Source: Candidatus Poseidoniaceae archaeon
GTDB lineage: Archaea > Thermoplasmatota > Poseidoniia > Poseidoniales > Poseidoniaceae
Length of the DNA stretch: 32,000 bases
Assembly: GCA_943789275.1 (NCBI GenBank)
Contig: CALSTM010000002.1
Location: 210,001-242,000, forward strand
Reading direction: 5' to 3'
The translations under genes and the position numbers were made by a program. The notes below the pieces were generated by a model that was given only the letters and a program-made list of their open reading frames with translations, was not told the DNA's origin and made no database searches. Shown piece by piece: positions 15,667-24,405 of the stretch; positions within the stretch are counted from its first letter, which is position 1; each line of letters starts with the position of its first letter.

Positions 15667-17634
15667 TCAGAACCTCTGGTCAATTTCATTGAATAGGCTG
15701 ACAACTTCATGGTGTGCGACAACCTTGCTGTTGATCATGTTCGGGATTTTACCGATTCCGGCAGGTGGTGCAAGAAGTGCTTGTAGACTGCGGAATGGAG
15801 GGGCTCCAGTACGAGTAAAACCAAGGAACATTCGGGCAGATACACCATCGAAGATGTTGCTCAAGAGACCAACTGGCCCGAGAACCTGACGGTAAAGTGT
15901 GGTTTCATTGACGTTCCCACTCCATTTCACACTGCGGCCGTACCACTTGACAAGTCGGCCGTGGGGTCCCGAATAGTTGGTAGAGTTCAATAATTTACCA
16001 CGAGCAGTGTTGAGCGCCTTAGAGGCAGTACGGCCGTCAGAGCCGTACCGAGCAACGGATGTGAAATCTGTTTCAGCCCAAACACCGTGCTCACTACCAA
16101 TGGATGCCATCAAGGCATCTCGCTGAGACTCACCGGTTCGTGGGTCGACACATCGATTCCATTGTTGCAACAAAATGCCGGGACCCATGTAATCGGAATC
16201 GTAAGCGAATGTGTCTGACATCGATTGAAGCAGTTGGAAAGAGACAACGTCTCCCATTGCGTGGAGAGTTAACGCAGTTGCAGCCTCCATGGTACCCATT
16301 GCGCTGCCGTTGAGGAGGGTGTGACCGTCACGTGGGTCCGCCTTCATCCATGGTTCACTGGCTGAGCGAGAGGATTCGTACGATGAATAATCAACAACAA
16401 GGTCTCGAACAACAGGATAACCTGGAAGAGGTTCTACTTTGAGAACGCCACCTTCGTTAACCAAGTCACTGATTTGAACAAGGTCGGCCAAAACAGTACG
16501 GCCGTTAACTCGGACCCCCGAAGTCGGAGAACCGTTGCTGTTGCCTCTGCGGAAGGCGAGACTGCCATCGACATCTTGCTGAACAGCGAGGAGAAGGTCC
16601 TCGACGGTTGCATGGCCAGGGACTGCACAAGCAATTGTATCCCATCCGGAGTCTGCCGCTTCGGGGCAGTATCGGAATAAAGAGAGGGTGATTGAAAGAT
16701 CTTCTTGTACAATCACGCCAGGTGTGAAATCGCCTTCAACGGCTTCCTCACCAGAGCCTGAACCGTAGGCAATCATCTCATCGAGAAGTACTTCTTGTAA
16801 AGTTCCTGATTCATCAACACAAGCAATCATTGGTAGTGCTTCAGCAACCCATTGACCCCAAGGCGTATCAAAGTCAACGTCGCACAATTGAGTCGTATGA
16901 ACTTTGTTTGCACCGAGTTCGACATACTTCTCATCCCAGTCCGTTCCAGCTTTACAAAACTCATCGTAAGAGGAATCTCCAATGGCACAGATACTGAATG
17001 AAACGCCTGAAAGAGATGGTGCCTGGGCACTCACTGATTGCCAAAGCGATTCGGCGTTATCCGGCATTTCTCCTTCGCCCCAAGTTGACGTGATGATGAG
17101 AGTACGCTTGTGTTGAGCGAGCGAAGCTGGGTCAAATCCGTCCATGTCATAGACGGTAGGGACCAGTCCGTAGTTGGCTGCAAGTTTTGCAGTCTTCTCT
17201 GCAAGTCCAGCAGCGTTGCCTGTTTGGGAACCGAAAAGAATGGCAAGAGAGCGGTCCCCTCCACCAAGAAGGGCTTGGAGTTCATCGCTACCGCCAGTGG
17301 CAACAGCGACGGCCGCAGCAGGTGCTGCTGCTACCTCGGCTGCAGGTGCAACTTCTGCTACTGTTTCCACAGCACCATCAGTTTGCAGTTCGAATTTGAT
17401 AATCTCAACAGGACAAGCCTCTGCAGCCTCGAGAATCATTTCACCGTAATCGGTGCCTGTTGAGCCTGCCATAGCGGCACCGCCAACGTTGCGGTCAAGA
17501 ACCCCATCCATGCGAACGGCGGCTAAAATCTTCGACGTGTCATCAGAAACAATGAACACTTCAGGACAGATGTCCTGACAAGCGTCACATGTGATGCAAT
17601 CTTCTTCAATCCACACCTTTGCTACGATGGTCAT
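15667..17634 (-). CDS. fusion protein: single-cluster ferredoxin + flavodoxin-like FMN domain + cysteine-less SdhB/FrdB-like domain + unknown C-terminal region
   Basis: The track start at 17649 is GTG. ATG 17634 follows GAGGGTGA (MTIVAKVWIEEDCITCDACQDICPEVF...EACPVEII). Flavodoxin motifs: AILFGSQTGNAAGLAEK, LIITSTWGEGEMPDNA, FSICAIGDSSYDEF. SdhB-like motifs: LFRYCPE, LAFRRGNSNGSPTSGVRVNGRTVLAD, VEPLPGYPVVRDLVVDY, YMGPGILLQQWNRCVDPR. Confidence 0.8.
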   Translation of the reverse strand: MTIVAKVWIEEDCITCDACQDICPEVFIVSDDTSKILAAVRMDGVLDRNVGGAAMAGSTGTDYGEMILEAAEACPVEIIKFELQTDGAVETVAEVAPAAEVAAAPAAAVAVATGGSDELQALLGGGDRSLAILFGSQTGNAAGLAEKTAKLAANYGLVPTVYDMDGFDPASLAQHKRTLIITSTWGEGEMPDNAESLWQSVSAQAPSLSGVSFSICAIGDSSYDEFCKAGTDWDEKYVELGANKVHTTQLCDVDFDTPWGQWVAEALPMIACVDESGTLQEVLLDEMIAYGSGSGEEAVEGDFTPGVIVQEDLSITLSLFRYCPEAADSGWDTIACAVPGHATVEDLLLAVQQDVDGSLAFRRGNSNGSPTSGVRVNGRTVLADLVQISDLVNEGGVLKVEPLPGYPVVRDLVVDYSSYESSRSASEPWMKADPRDGHTLLNGSAMGTMEAATALTLHAMGDVVSFQLLQSMSDTFAYDSDYMGPGILLQQWNRCVDPRTGESQRDALMASIGSEHGVWAETDFTSVARYGSDGRTASKALNTARGKLLNSTNYSGPHGRLVKWYGRSVKWSGNVNETTLYRQVLGPVGLLSNIFDGVSARMFLGFTRTGAPPFRSLQALLAPPAGIGKIPNMINSKVVAHHEVVSLFNEIDQRF

Positions 17635-17736
17635 GCTTGTCACCCTCACTTACGTGTCGTAAGCAATTATTCCCACCATGGAGGGGCCTTTCAAGGTTCG
17701 CTTTTATCCCCATCAAAGAAGGCCTTCAATTTCGAG

Positions 17737-17753
17737 AAAAATAGTCTTAAAAA
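17737..17753 (-). terminator. two oligo-T tracts downstream of the thermosome gene (possible archaeal terminator, may double as an A/T-rich promoter element for the next operon)
   Basis: The minus strand reads ...CAGTTTTTAAGACTATTTTTCTC..., beginning ~25 nt after the thermosome stop. Archaeal termination commonly uses T5+ runs. Confidence 0.35.
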
Positions 17754-17778
17754 CTGTACTCATTGCAATGGGGGAACT

Positions 17779-19401
17779 TCACATTTGGAAGTCGCCCATG
17801 CCACCCATTCCACCGTCCATAGGGACGCCCTTGGAAGAGATGACATCGTCGATTCGAAGAATCATGATTGCGGTTTCAGTTGCGGATTGAATGGCCTGCT
17901 CAACAACGCGCATTGGCTCGACAACGTTCGCCTGCTTCATGTCGACTACGCCACCTTCGTAGACGTTGATACCGGCGTGCGATTGCCCGTCAGCGTGCGC
18001 CTTACGCAGTTCAATGAGGGTAGTCACGGGATCCAGTCCGGCGTTTTCAGCAAGTGTTCTTGGAATAATTTCGAGTGCCGAAGCAAAGGCTTCAATGGCC
18101 ATTTGTTCGCGGCCACCAACGGTCTCGGCATAGGTGCGAAGGTCACGTGAAAGTGCTGCAAGAACACTGCCACCACCGGTCAAAACTGCACCGTCTTCCC
18201 AAGCAACAGAAACAACTCCAACTGCATCATCAAAAGCACGTCGAATTTCATCGACGACGTGTTCGGTTCCACCACGAAGAAGAACGGAAACTGATTTTGC
18301 TTCAGGGCATCCGGTAATGAAGGTCATGTCCGATTCACCAATCTTGCGCTCCTCAACTTTAGCAGCATGTCCAAGGTCATCATCCGAAAGGTCATCGATG
18401 TTTGTGACAATTCGACCTGCGGTTGCCTTTGAAAGTGCTTCCATATCCGATTTCTTGGCACGGCGAATGGCAAAGATTCCAGCCTTCGACATGTAATGCT
18501 GAGCCAACTCATCAATACCTTTCTGACAGATAAGAACAGTTGCGCCAGAGGCTTGAATTTTCTCGACAAGTCCACGGATGTAATTTTCCTCTTCTTCGAG
18601 GAAAAGAGCAAGTTGGTTGGGATCTGTAATCTGGATTTTAGCATCGACTTCAGTTTTCTTAACTTCAATTGCTGAGTTAATCAGAGCAATTTTAGCATTT
18701 GAAATAGAGCGAGGCATTCCTGCGTGAACTCTTTCCTTATCCAAAAGGATTCCATCAATGAGTGTTGAATCCTTGATTGAGCCACCTTGTCGCTTCTCGA
18801 CCTTAATATCTGAAAGGTCAACGATTCTCTCTTCGTCTTCGATAATTCCGACGGCGTTCACTGCACGGACGCAAATATCCGCCATGAAACTCTTGACTGC
18901 ACCGGCGGACTTGCCAGTAAGAGCCGTTTTTGCAACTTCCATCAATACTGAATCTTGGTTTTCGGTTGAGATACCATGAGCTTCAAGCAATTCAACAGCC
19001 TTCTCTGCTGCGAGTCGGAAGCCTTCGCAAATGACGGTTGGATGAACATTCTGTTCGATGAGGTCTTCACTGCGCTTGAGGAGTTCCCCGGACAGGACGA
19101 CGGCAGATGTGGTCCCGTCGTAACAATGCTGCTCTTGGGTCTTAGCGACTTCAATAATCATCTTGGCCGCAGGATGGTCGATATCCATTTCCTTGAGAAT
19201 TGTTGCGCCATCGTTGGTAATGACGACATCACCCATCGAGTCAACCAGCATTTTGTCCATGCCCTTCGGTCCGAGTGTTGAGCGAACGGCGTCGGCGACA
19301 GCCTTGGCAGCTGCTATGTTGTTTGATTGAGCGGTTCGACCGCGAGTTCGTTGTGTTCCATCCTTCAAAATGAAGATAGGTGCTTGTCCGTTTCCATACA
19401 T
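17779..19401 (-). CDS. ths: thermosome subunit (group II chaperonin)
   Basis: 540 aa. [61 protein letters not shown] and the C-terminal [11 protein letters not shown] tail. AGGAG SD. Confidence 0.96.
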   Translation of the reverse strand: MYGNGQAPIFILKDGTQRTRGRTAQSNNIAAAKAVADAVRSTLGPKGMDKMLVDSMGDVVITNDGATILKEMDIDHPAAKMIIEVAKTQEQHCYDGTTSAVVLSGELLKRSEDLIEQNVHPTVICEGFRLAAEKAVELLEAHGISTENQDSVLMEVAKTALTGKSAGAVKSFMADICVRAVNAVGIIEDEERIVDLSDIKVEKRQGGSIKDSTLIDGILLDKERVHAGMPRSISNAKIALINSAIEVKKTEVDAKIQITDPNQLALFLEEEENYIRGLVEKIQASGATVLICQKGIDELAQHYMSKAGIFAIRRAKKSDMEALSKATAGRIVTNIDDLSDDDLGHAAKVEERKIGESDMTFITGCPEAKSVSVLLRGGTEHVVDEIRRAFDDAVGVVSVAWEDGAVLTGGGSVLAALSRDLRTYAETVGGREQMAIEAFASALEIIPRTLAENAGLDPVTTLIELRKAHADGQSHAGINVYEGGVVDMKQANVVEPMRVVEQAIQSATETAIMILRIDDVISSKGVPMDGGMGGMGDFQM

Positions 19402-19472
19402 ATGAACGTCTCCTTACAACTATGCCGAGGGCGAGTACGACTTGAACCCTACGCTTAGGATTGTATCAAGAA

Positions 19473-22400
19473 TTAAGCCTGTCCATTTTGTTCAAGCCAC
19501 ATTTGACCGTAGACATTCCACTGTTCCATGGTCCATCCATCAGGCAAACCTGCTGCTGGAACCGGCGGAGCAGTATCCGCAGTGCTCAAGTTTGGAGATG
19601 GAGCGGAAGGTGCCTGAACGATAGGTGCTGCTGCTGGAGGTGCTCCGGCGGGTGGAGCGATGGATGGAAGTGACTTCGGAACTTCGTATGCAGCGCCAGC
19701 GACTGGAACGGTTGGTGCGGCTGCTACAGCGCCGTAGGTTGCTTCAACACTACCTTCGTAGCCTTCTTCACCCCAGCCACCGTAATCATCTTCTTCTTCC
19801 TCTTCAGTAAGGATTCGGAAGATAACCCCTACACCGATGACAAATACCACGATGAAGCCAATCCAAGTTAGTATTGAGCCCATGTCGATGCCACTGGAAT
19901 CTCCGCCAGTACCGTCGGTGGAAAGATCTGAACCGGTTTTGACCAATTGAAGTTGTAAAGTGGTGCTTGCCGCGTCACTGACTGTTTGAGATTCTGCCCA
20001 TAGAGTAAGGTTGGTGAACAGAGAATCACTACCCAAATTGTTGAGAGTTGTGGATGAAACGGTGAAGATGACAGTGACTTGGCGTTCCTCCTCGACTGCC
20101 AATGAGAACGTTCGGTCGCCGTTGGCAAGCTTTGATTGAACCCAATTCGAAGATTCACCACTGTCAAGATTCATAGAGACCGATTGTGCAGTCGTGTATT
20201 GATTTCGGACGGTGACGGTCATCGACCATGCATCAACGGGTTCTGCCTCGTCAATAACCAGCATTTCTGTTGGAATGATTTTCAACCAGTTCTGAGAGCC
20301 GACCAAGTAGGTTGCTGAGCCGGACGAACTGATACTTGCGTCGTTGACGCTCGTTGCAATGATGTTAAGCAGCAACTGCCCTTCTGTACCGTCCACGAAG
20401 GAGAAGCGAACCGAAACGTTGTAACTGCTACCGGTTGGGATTTCAGGAGTCATGCCATCAAAGAGGTTTGTGAACTCTACGTTCATCCCCGCAGGGGCGT
20501 TGGAAGTCATTGTGAACCTGTCAACGCTGTTTCCATCGTTGAACACTTCAAACTGCATAGTTTGGGCAGCTTGTCCCGGAATGTAGGATTGGTCTGCATC
20601 TTCGTCTGAAACACGAACAGCAGCAGTATCGAGAATGTCGACGGTGAGGCTGATTGAGGATTTAACTGTAGGATCATCAACGCTGGTTGCTGTCACAGTA
20701 AGGCTGTACAGTTGCGGAGCCAATCCAATCGGCATAGGAAGATTGAGTTGAATAATCGATGAACCATCCCAAGCGTCCATGACCGCAGTTTGGCTGCTTG
20801 CCAAGTTTGCACCAAGTTGCCAGTTCTGTTGAGTCAAAGAGAGATCGTATTGCTCATCATCGTTACCGATGTTGTAAATGCTGATGTAAACCTTCTTCGA
20901 CACGCCATTCGCTGGGCCAGAGATATCTGTAGTGTCCGTTTCCAGAGAGACTTGGCGTAGAACTGGGACTTCGATGTTACGAGAAAGGACATCGTTACCG
21001 AATAAAGCGCCGCATGAAGGACAGGTTGCCCGAAGAGTGAAAGAAACCGTTCCAGGATTCGCTTGAGTTGCGGCAGTAATGTTGAGTTGCAAGTTGATGC
21101 TCTGCCCACGGCCAACATAAACTGGATTCGAGACGGATGCACCTGTGTCGTTCACAAGCAGCGCAGACCAATCATCCTCGGAGAAAGTGGTAGCGAGGTT
21201 GAATGAAGCATCTCGGTTTCCAGAGTTTTGCAAACGGAACGGAACCATGCCAGATTGGCCTGGTCCGAACGAGCCGGCTTGAAGACCAACGGTCGATGTG
21301 AGAGAGACACCAAATTGTTCGGTAACCCCTACAGAAGCGGAAAGTCTTGCTTTCTCACCCGAGTTCTGTCCCGAGGCATCCGTAAACCAAAGTTGCCAGA
21401 TGAGTTGCTGGACATCTGCGCCTGGGGGAATGGTAAGGTTGACCCATAGGTCAACAGAACCGCCACCAGGAATTGGAGGGATGAGAATGCTGGTGTCGTG
21501 ATCACCAACCAAAGTCGAGTAACCTGCACCGTTAATGTACACTGCATCTTGGCGAATCATTGGATTGGCAGGGTCCATCCATGTCAAATTGGAAATGTTT
21601 GATTCCGAGCGTATTGCAGCAGGAGCGTATCCGTTGTTGGTGACCGTACAATACAAGCTCAAAAGGTCACTTGGTGGTGCAGAATAGCCGTTTTCAGGAG
21701 CATCGCAACTCACGTCTAAGGTGTATTCTTGCACCTTACGAACACCAAATTGAATCCAGTCGTCCACGTGGAATCCTTCTGTCGCATCGCTGCTGTCGCT
21801 TCGAAGAACCATGCCCATTGAGTACGAGTTGCCGCCAAGGAATACATTTTGGTTGGTCACATATGGGTTTTGCAAGTAAGTCACTTGAGGGTCCCAACTG
21901 ATACGAGTCCATTGGTCAGGTGCTTGGCTTGGGTTGCCTTGGGAGATGTCATAGACAATGGATTCGTTGATGTTTTGCCCACCGGAACCACGCCACATCT
22001 CAATCGAGACGCTGTCGCCAGATGCCACACTGCCCCATGCTTGGATATGAATTTGGGAAGAGATATAGTTCGATGCATAGAAGACGTTTCGACAAATCCA
22101 TGTGCCGTACACCTGAGACATTCCGGCGTCGAGTTGCCCATTTGCACCGCAGTTGTTTCCGTTCGTTGAAATGAAGGAATTGACCAGGCGGTCGTGTGCA
22201 TTGGAAGGATAGTTGTTGCCTGCTTCAGCATTGCCCCAATGCTTTGAGCCAACGGCTCCACCCGAAAGGTCAGCCCAAGAACCATCCCCGTTTGCATTTC
22301 CACCATCGACCGGATAACGAGCAGGGATGAACGTCGAAGATTGAGTGGTTGTTCCATCAAACGAATCCTTCATGATGGCGATTGGTACCGTCTTTTCCAA

Positions 22401-22901
22401 CATGTCGTTTTCGTTACGGTCGTCACCGTTCGAATCTTTGTCAAGCATGGCCCGCAAGATGAGTCCTCCGGAAAGGTCGTTGGTGGTCGTATCGAGTACG
22501 GAGTGTGCTGCTGTCGGTGTCCAAAGGAAGGTTTTCGAGTCACTTTGACCACCGATAAGCAGTCCTGAAGTCCACGTGAATGTTTCCATGACGTATCCAA
22601 TGGGATGAATGATCTGAATCATAGCGACGCTGTCTTTACCGGTGAAAGAATTACCTCCACGTTGAATTTCCATACCAACTTCAATGGTGTCACCCTCAAA
22701 CATGTACTCAACAATTGTACCGTTTGATTGAGTCCACTCTTGGGCAGGTACGCTTGCGTTTCCAAGAGAAATGGAAACCACACGGAAATCATCGTTCGCT
22801 CCGCCACGGCCAGCAGTTGCACTGGCAGGAGCAGCCATTCCCATGGCAAGGGTTTGGAGCAACAATAGGGCAACAAGGGTCAACGGAGTGATACGACGCA
22901 T
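19473..22901 (-). CDS. very large secreted surface protein with C-terminal transmembrane anchor and 111-aa cytoplasmic tail
   Basis: ATG 22901 (MRRITPLTLVALLLLQTLAMGMAAPASA, signal-peptide-like) follows GGAGGT. The body contains several ~100-aa segments with the V..L...N.GN....F.L pattern of CARDB/NEW3-type beta-sandwich repeats; this is a motif impression, not an HMM result. TM segment ILTWIGFIVVFVIGVGVIFRIL, then an acidic and Ala/Pro-rich tail. Confidence 0.8.
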   Translation of the reverse strand: MRRITPLTLVALLLLQTLAMGMAAPASATAGRGGANDDFRVVSISLGNASVPAQEWTQSNGTIVEYMFEGDTIEVGMEIQRGGNSFTGKDSVAMIQIIHPIGYVMETFTWTSGLLIGGQSDSKTFLWTPTAAHSVLDTTTNDLSGGLILRAMLDKDSNGDDRNENDMLEKTVPIAIMKDSFDGTTTQSSTFIPARYPVDGGNANGDGSWADLSGGAVGSKHWGNAEAGNNYPSNAHDRLVNSFISTNGNNCGANGQLDAGMSQVYGTWICRNVFYASNYISSQIHIQAWGSVASGDSVSIEMWRGSGGQNINESIVYDISQGNPSQAPDQWTRISWDPQVTYLQNPYVTNQNVFLGGNSYSMGMVLRSDSSDATEGFHVDDWIQFGVRKVQEYTLDVSCDAPENGYSAPPSDLLSLYCTVTNNGYAPAAIRSESNISNLTWMDPANPMIRQDAVYINGAGYSTLVGDHDTSILIPPIPGGGSVDLWVNLTIPPGADVQQLIWQLWFTDASGQNSGEKARLSASVGVTEQFGVSLTSTVGLQAGSFGPGQSGMVPFRLQNSGNRDASFNLATTFSEDDWSALLVNDTGASVSNPVYVGRGQSINLQLNITAATQANPGTVSFTLRATCPSCGALFGNDVLSRNIEVPVLRQVSLETDTTDISGPANGVSKKVYISIYNIGNDDEQYDLSLTQQNWQLGANLASSQTAVMDAWDGSSIIQLNLPMPIGLAPQLYSLTVTATSVDDPTVKSSISLTVDILDTAAVRVSDEDADQSYIPGQAAQTMQFEVFNDGNSVDRFTMTSNAPAGMNVEFTNLFDGMTPEIPTGSSYNVSVRFSFVDGTEGQLLLNIIATSVNDASISSSGSATYLVGSQNWLKIIPTEMLVIDEAEPVDAWSMTVTVRNQYTTAQSVSMNLDSGESSNWVQSKLANGDRTFSLAVEEERQVTVIFTVSSTTLNNLGSDSLFTNLTLWAESQTVSDAASTTLQLQLVKTGSDLSTDGTGGDSSGIDMGSILTWIGFIVVFVIGVGVIFRILTEEEEEDDYGGWGEEGYEGSVEATYGAVAAAPTVPVAGAAYEVPKSLPSIAPPAGAPPAAAPIVQAPSAPSPNLSTADTAPPVPAAGLPDGWTMEQWNVYGQMWLEQNGQA

Positions 22902-22988
22902 AAGACCAACGAAACCTCCGAGATTCACGCGGCATATAGAGATGGCCATTTGATGACCAGACAGAGGTCACGAGGATTTACTTCAAAT

Positions 22989-24320
22989 TCACTTCGATTT
23001 GCGTAACCCGCTAATCGATGGCTGGTCGTAAGTTGGTGCTGCCACGGCCTCTTGCACACCCTCGCTCAATCGTTCTGCAGTTTCCTTCTGGTCAAACAAA
23101 TCACCGATCCCTTGGAATTGAAGATCTTCGGGTTGCGACGGTATCGATTCTACAACGCTTGAGGCTTCTTCAAGAGATGATACCCCTTGTGCTGCTGAAT
23201 GGAGATGTGAAGGGGCCTGAACCGCTAAAGAAGTCCCTGTTACGGCTGCACTCGCAGCCTGTACCGCCGTCGTCGCCTTACTTGCAAGAGCGGTACCAGC
23301 AACCACTGCTGCAGTCGTAGCGGCGGAGGCTGCGATTCCCGCCCCTTTGCTAACAAGGCCTGCGGTTTTCGAAGGCGGTTTTTGTACAGCGGTCGGGTTT
23401 TGAAATTCGTACATCCATTCGGGTGGATCCGCTGAGCCAGCGCCAAGAACTGCCATGGTGGTAAAAGCGGCCAAGGGCATGACTGCCAACGCTGTAAGTA
23501 AATCAAGGAAAGAAGTTTCAGGAACTGAAGCGATGGACAGTGAAGACTCAAATAATTCCTTTTCTAAGTTGATGTTAAGATCGAGGTCAGGGCCCATCCA
23601 TCCGATAACGGCCACACTTGCTACGCGTCCAAGAAGCCACAACACGAGAACTGGAGCCAGCCAAGAGAGTTTCGTCATCGAGATCAGCCATTTTCGAGTG
23701 AAGGATGCAATTCCGATGTATTTTTCCGCAATTCGAGGAAAAACCCTCATGATGGATAAAAGTCCGAACAGATAAACAAGCAGAGCCATCTCAAGTCTTC
23801 GTTCAGGATGCATCATCGTGTCAGGGATAAGTAAAACAAGCATCAGCGGAACGGTTGCCAACACCACTTGGAACGGTACAGCCAGTAAGATAAGGCCACC
23901 GTGAGTGGACAGAATAGTATGACCATCGACCCATCGTTCATGAGCTAAAACGGTCAATCGCCCGTGAGGTGACTGGGCGTACTTTTTGCGCACAAATCGT
24001 CTTGAAAAGGCATCCGATTTCCCCCTACTGAGTCCTAAAAATCGTAACCATCCGCCCTTTTCAACGACACGAAGTGGCATGAACCCTCCAATCAACAGCG
24101 CCAACAGCAAAGCCATCATCCCATACATCATAGAGGCTGCAATAATCCAAGGCAACATATCCCAATCGAAGGATAATGCCGCTCCCTCGTCGGCAAGCGA
24201 GAATTGAAAAAAGTAAGTAATCAAAAATGCTGCTAAAGGCGTGAGAAAAACTTGACAAAAGGCGACGATTGTCAGCCATACTCGGGGTATGAGCGTTTTA
24301 CGTCGCGCATACCTCCCCAT
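22989..24320 (-). CDS. polytopic membrane protein of unknown function with Ala/Thr-rich C-terminal tail
   Basis: 443-aa ORF with multiple hydrophobic segments (e.g. WLTIVAFCQVFLTPLAAFLITYFF, IIAASMMYGMMALLLALLIGGF, LILLAVPFQVVLATVPLMLVLLI). Low-complexity tail AGIAASAATTAAVVAGTALASKATTAVQAASAAV. No family recognised. Confidence 0.6.
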   Translation of the reverse strand: MGRYARRKTLIPRVWLTIVAFCQVFLTPLAAFLITYFFQFSLADEGAALSFDWDMLPWIIAASMMYGMMALLLALLIGGFMPLRVVEKGGWLRFLGLSRGKSDAFSRRFVRKKYAQSPHGRLTVLAHERWVDGHTILSTHGGLILLAVPFQVVLATVPLMLVLLIPDTMMHPERRLEMALLVYLFGLLSIMRVFPRIAEKYIGIASFTRKWLISMTKLSWLAPVLVLWLLGRVASVAVIGWMGPDLDLNINLEKELFESSLSIASVPETSFLDLLTALAVMPLAAFTTMAVLGAGSADPPEWMYEFQNPTAVQKPPSKTAGLVSKGAGIAASAATTAAVVAGTALASKATTAVQAASAAVTGTSLAVQAPSHLHSAAQGVSSLEEASSVVESIPSQPEDLQFQGIGDLFDQKETAERLSEGVQEAVAAPTYDQPSISGLRKSK

Positions 24321-24405
24321 GTTTGACGCTGATTCATTACCATCTCAAAGATTGCCCTTCACTGGAGAGAAAAACCGACGGTTGTGGTGTCGGGTGGTGA
24401 GCCCG

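Noticed and set aside
17174-17449. Ala/Ser-rich plus-strand ORFs (17110..17463, 17174..17449, 17187..17399)
   Set aside because: They are antisense shadows of the Ala-rich linker and ferredoxin/flavodoxin coding region of the minus-strand fusion gene.
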